Shown: piece after piece, positions 58,517-64,000 of the stretch
Numbering within the stretch: position 1 is the first letter of the stretch
Layout: each line of letters begins with the position of its first letter
Origin: an uncultured Dehalococcoidales bacterium
Lineage (GTDB): Bacteria; Chloroflexota; Dehalococcoidia; Dehalococcoidales; UBA3254
DNA: 64,000 nt
Assembly (NCBI GenBank): GCA_964386535.1
Contig: CAYLRY010000011.1
Coordinates: 2,396 to 66,395, forward strand
Direction of reading: 5' to 3'
The notes under the pieces: model-generated
The model's input: only the letters and a program-made list of their open reading frames with translations
What the model was told of the DNA's origin: nothing
The model's database searches: none
Program-made: the position numbers and the translations under genes

Positions 58517-59675
58517 GGTTCACCATCCTAATAAAATTGTCGAAGAGGTAACGGCTGTCCCAGGGGCCAGGAGAGTCTTCAGAATGATACTGGATGGAAA
58601 AGATGGGCAGTTCTTTATGCCGCAGGCCTTCCACTGTACCATCATTCAGGTTAATGTGAGTAATCTCCAGGGCAGGGGGCAAACCAGCCGCATCAACAGC
58701 ATAACCATGATTTTGAGCAGTAATGTAGGTACGCCCGGAAGCCAGGTCCCGTACCGGATGATTACCCCCCCGGTGACCGAATTTTAGCTTAAAGGTCTTG
58801 CCGCCGAAGGCATGGGCGATGAGCTGATTCCCCAGGCAAATACCCATAATAGGTTTAACTCCAGCCAGACCGCGAACTGTATCGATAGCATAATCCAGGA
58901 GGGAAGGATCCCCTGGTCCTGGTGAAAGCAGAATGCCATCCGGGTCCAGGCGAATAATCTCCGGCGCACCGGTGGTGCAGGGCACTACAGTAACCGAACA
59001 GCCGCGCTGGCAGAGTTGACGCAGGATATTATATTTTAAGCCGCAATCGAAGGCTACGATACGGTAGTCTGGATTTTTCTTTTTCCTGGATTCAATGCCG
59101 CAGAAAAAAGGCATTTCATATCCGCGGTTATCACAGATGGTCTTAAAGCTGCAAGTTTCACAGGGCAATCCCCACTGGTAAGGTTTGTTCGTAGTGACGT
59201 CTTTAACAAAATCCATGGAACCATAGCCAGGTAGGCTTTTTAAGATTTCCAGGGCCTGTCCCGGGGTTTGAGTGGTGGTCAGATAACCCATCATCACTCC
59301 GAAATTACGAAGCTTGCGGGCGATAGCGCGGGTATCCAGTCCACAGATACCGGGTATATTATTTTCAAGGAGATATTCATGGAGAGTTTTAACGCTCAGG
59401 TAATGACTGGGCTCAAGGCATTCTTCCCGCACAATAAAGCCTCTGACCTGGATTTTGCGCGACTCTACATCCAAATTATTGATACCGTAATTCCCTATAA
59501 GCGGGTAGGTAGGCAATACTATTTGTCCGGCATAAGAGGGATCGGTTAATATCTCCTGGTAACCAATCATGCCGGTATTGAAAACAACTTCGCCGTAGCA
59601 GTCGGCCTCTGAACCGAAGGAATATCCTTCGTAGACGGTACCGTCCTGTAAAACCAGAATGGCTCGTTTAGTCAT
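58506..59675 (-). CDS. carA: carbamoyl-phosphate synthase small (glutaminase) subunit
   Basis: Track ORF runs to 59699. The ATG at 59675 follows [16 protein letters not shown] active-site Cys, and HGYAV. Confidence 0.95.
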   Translation of the reverse strand: MTKRAILVLQDGTVYEGYSFGSEADCYGEVVFNTGMIGYQEILTDPSYAGQIVLPTYPLIGNYGINNLDVESRKIQVRGFIVREECLEPSHYLSVKTLHEYLLENNIPGICGLDTRAIARKLRNFGVMMGYLTTTQTPGQALEILKSLPGYGSMDFVKDVTTNKPYQWGLPCETCSFKTICDNRGYEMPFFCGIESRKKKNPDYRIVAFDCGLKYNILRQLCQRGCSVTVVPCTTGAPEIIRLDPDGILLSPGPGDPSLLDYAIDTVRGLAGVKPIMGICLGNQLIAHAFGGKTFKLKFGHRGGNHPVRDLASGRTYITAQNHGYAVDAAGLPPALEITHINLNDGTVEGLRHKELPIFSIQYHSEDSPGPWDSRYLFDNFIRMVNLAK

Positions 59676-59768
59676 TGAATACACCTTCCACAAAAACAAA
59701 CTAGAAATTTAATAATTAATTTAAAATCAAAAACCAAAGTCAAGTCTTTAATACACATTTTAAATATT

Positions 59769-59805
59769 AAAAAACAAGCCCAGCATGAACCTGCCGGCTG
59801 GCTTG
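59769..59805 (-). terminator. terminator-like hairpin inside the pyr operon (pyrC-carA spacer)
   Basis: Minus-strand CAAGCCAGC-12 nt-GCUGGGCUUG followed by U6. Confidence 0.5.
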
Positions 59806-59876
59806 CCTTTTATACAGCCTGCTTTCAACGTCGGCGGATAGCGCCGGCAATAAGAAATCACTCTTAATGAAAACTA

Positions 59877-61210
59877 TTAAAACTTCATCTCCGGGTCTTG
59901 ATAGACCAGTTTCCCCTGATAAAAAGTGGCCATAATCCGGCCTTTTAGTTTTTCACCGGCCAGGGGCGTATTTTTACCTTTTGAAGCAAATTGCCGGGGG
60001 TCCACCAGCCATTCACGATCGGGATCAATCAAAATAACATCCGCCGGGCTACCTATAGAAAATGTCCCCAGCTTGCCGAATTTATCACCAATGACGGCTG
60101 CTGGGCCGCAGGTAAGCTTAGAGATCAGTATTTCAAGGCCAAGTTTACCATCATGCACCAGGCTCATCAGGCTACCGAGGGCTGTCTCGAAGATACTGAT
60201 GCCAAAAGGCGCCTGGGCAAACTCACATAGCTTTTCAACCTCAGTATGCGGGGCATGATCTGTGGCTATAATATCGATAATATCATCCTTTAATCCCTGG
60301 ATCAGCGCCTGTACATCGGCTGCTGTCCTCAAAGGGGGATTAACCTTGGCCAGGGTATTATACCCTACAACCTTTTCTTCTGTAAGGGTCAGATGGTGGG
60401 GTGTAACCTCAGCAGTAACTCTGATTCCTTTCAATTTAGCCTGGCGGATAAGTTCCACCGAACCACGGGTACTGACATGGGCAATGTGCAGCCGTGCACC
60501 GGTCAACTCAGCCAGAGCTATGTCCCTGGCTACGATGCTTTCTTCAGCGGCAGCAGGCATACCGGCCAGACCCAGCCGGGTGGCAATGATGCCCTCGTTC
60601 ATTTGACCATTTTCTACCAGCAATTTGTCTTCACAATGTTCAATTAACGGTAAACTGAAAGTCTTGCTGTATTCCATAGCCTGACGCATCAGGCGGGAAT
60701 TCATCACGGAATTACCATCGTCACTGAAGGCCACTACACCGGCGTCAGCTAGCTCCCCCATCTCAGCCAGCGACTCACCTCTACGGCCCCGGGTTATACA
60801 ACCTATAGGCAGAACCCGGACTGCGGCGTTTTTAGCCGCCGTATTATTTACATAATCAACAACTGTCCGGTTATCAATGGGGGGTTCGGTATTGGGCATA
60901 CAGCAGATAGTGGTAAAACCACCCCTGGCGGCAGCAAGGGAGCCGGTGGCAATGGTCTCTTTTTCTTCAAATCCGGGTTCCCGCAAATGACAGTGCAGGT
61001 CGATAAAACCCGGGCAAACCAGTAAATTATTAGCTTCAATAACTAAGCAATTATCCGGCTGGCAGGGTGACTCGGGTGAATCCGGAAAAGGCGGATTGTC
61101 AGCGGCTTTACCCAGCCAGGCAATTTTACCGCCGGCTAATAAAAGACTGCCGTTTTCATTTAGTTTTTGGGATGGATCCAGCAACCGGCCGTTTTGGATT
61201 AAGATATTTT

Positions 61211-61214
<4 letters not shown>
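59877..61214 (-). CDS. pyrC: dihydroorotase
   Basis: 445 aa with [17 protein letters not shown] and ATDHAPH motifs. Confidence 0.9.
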
Positions 61215-62852
<1,638 letters not shown>

Positions 62853-62890
62853 AGTTAAAGGTACTTTTAGATTAACTCATTGTTTTTTAT

Positions 62891-62919
62891 ATTATACTTA
62901 CTGGAAAAGAGAAATACAA
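62891..62919 (-). promoter_or_regulatory. sigma70-like promoter of the pyr operon
   Basis: Minus strand: TTGTAT, 17-nt spacer, TATAAT. Confidence 0.5.
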
Positions 62920-62923
62920 GATG

Positions 62924-62951
62924 TTGACAAACTTAGTAAGTGTCGTATAAG
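62924..62951 (+). promoter_or_regulatory. sigma70-like promoter of the LarA-like gene
   Basis: TTGACA, 16-nt spacer, TATAAG. Confidence 0.5.
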
Positions 62952-62995
62952 ATAAAAAATCTTGATCTGCGATTTTGTGCTTCCAGGAGAAGATA

Positions 62996-64000
62996 ATGAA
63001 AAATATGGTTAAGATGCCCCAGTTATGCTGGTATGGCATAAAGGACCTGGAGATTGATTTTCCAGATGAATGGCGGGTGGAGATCTGTAATATGGCCGGC
63101 TATAACAGCCCTGCCATGACTCCTGCGCAAATACGTGAAGCTATCATAAATCCCACAGATGGACCACCCATAAGGGAACTGGCCAGAGGCAAAAATCAAG
63201 TGGTCATCATCTTTGATGATGTTCAAAGGGCCACCAGGACTGCCGGGTTAGCTCCATATATTTTGGAGGAACTGGCGGTAGCCGGGATTCCCGATGCAAA
63301 TATCCGCTTTATGGGTGCTACCGGCTGCCATGCAGCTATGAACCGTCTTGATTATGTAAAAAAACTGGGAGAAGAGGTGGTGCGCCGTTTCCCTGTTTTC
63401 AGTCATAATGCCTTCGGTAACTGCGTCAAAGTGGGAACGACCAGATTTGGAACAGAGATTCTGGCTAATGCAGAGGTAATGCAGTGTGATCTTAAAATTG
63501 CCATGGGTGGGGTGGTTCCACACCGTGACGCCGGATTCAGCGGCGGCGCTAAAATTGTATTACCAGGCATCTGTGCCTTTGAAACTAACCAGGCTTTTCA
63601 CTTTTTTGCAGCAGAGTACCGTAAAAAATATAACCTGCCTCCAGCCAGGGGCAGCATAGAAAATAATCCTCTGCGTATGAATATGGATGAAGCAGCGAAA
63701 CTGGTAGGGCTGGATTTTAAAATAGACGTTCTTACCAATGGCTACGGCGAGACAGTGGCTGTTTATGCGGGAACGCCTGATAGGACCTTTGAAGCAGCAG
63801 TAAAGCAGGCCAGAAAACATTATTTTTGCCGGAAGGCTGTAGATCAGGATATTGTTATTGTGAATGCTTTTTCTAAAGTGGGCGAACTTGAAACAGCGCT
63901 GGAACCGGCCATACCTTCATTAAAGAAAGAGGGTGGGGAAGCCGTACTGGTGGGGAATACACCTGCGGGCCATGTAGCACATTATCTTTTCGGCGCATGG
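62996..64000 (+). CDS. LarA-like (DUF2088, nickel-pincer lactate-racemase family) protein, 3' end cut by window edge
   Basis: Own translation from the ATG after CAGGAGAAG: MKNMVKMPQLCWYGIKDLEIDFPDEW...VVPHRDAGFSGGAKIVLPGI...NTPAGHVAHYLFGAW. The frame is open for 335 codons to the window edge. Confidence 0.7.
   Translation, partial: MKNMVKMPQLCWYGIKDLEIDFPDEWRVEICNMAGYNSPAMTPAQIREAIINPTDGPPIRELARGKNQVVIIFDDVQRATRTAGLAPYILEELAVAGIPDANIRFMGATGCHAAMNRLDYVKKLGEEVVRRFPVFSHNAFGNCVKVGTTRFGTEILANAEVMQCDLKIAMGGVVPHRDAGFSGGAKIVLPGICAFETNQAFHFFAAEYRKKYNLPPARGSIENNPLRMNMDEAAKLVGLDFKIDVLTNGYGETVAVYAGTPDRTFEAAVKQARKHYFCRKAVDQDIVIVNAFSKVGELETALEPAIPSLKKEGGEAVLVGNTPAGHVAHYLFGAW

Overview
64-kb chromosomal window from a bacterium of roughly mid-range GC, judged by eye. 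The gene content looks anaerobic: RtcB plus archease, tandem desulforedoxins, radical SAM, DUF169, URO-D-like and LarA-like genes, and four adenylate-forming CoA ligases. I cannot assign taxonomy from sequence alone. I support about 55 protein-coding genes.

Main gene blocks:
- 1-6777 (minus): a Liv-type ABC importer operon bracketed by two CoA ligases.
- 7187-13103: lipoprotein, SDR epimerase, Rpe-like, radical SAM, and the UPF0210/ACT pair.
- 15002-20320: envelope and signalling genes, including two response regulators with no kinase.
- glgC, nadE and a TPP enzyme; then small redox proteins (DUF169, PNPOx-like, cupin-like).
- 30003-36641: Fpg-like glycosylase, an Fe-S protein, a CocE/NonD hydrolase, and rtcB-archease.
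- 36780-37656: a decayed IS3-family element.
- Thioesterase, acyl-CoA synthetase, rhodanese, MMPL, UbiB, birA-nth, MFS, PpiC, hom, folE.
- 54251-62766 (minus): a pyrR-pyrB-pyrC-carA-carB-pyrK operon with a recognisable PyrR attenuator.
- A LarA-like gene running off the 3' edge.

I found no rRNA, tRNA or CRISPR array.

The signals that ordinary annotation does not explain are non-coding:
1. A dispersed family of phased heptanucleotide tandem arrays (unit SAGTTWC and its reverse complement) at seven or more intergenic sites, densest at 30.8-36.2 kb.
2. A 100-bp MITE-like element family: three full copies, one longer divergent variant and several fragments. Two copies have target-site duplications, and one is nested in the terminal repeat of the IS3 remnant.
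3. A roughly 200-nt leader with a 17-codon ORF and mutually exclusive antiterminator/terminator pairings ahead of the ABC importer operon.
4. Two tandem desulforedoxin-type mini-genes missing from the ORF track.
5. A 225-bp segment bounded by perfect 15-bp inverted repeats.

All family names come from motif recognition by eye. No database search was run. I did not find a clear novel multi-gene protein system.
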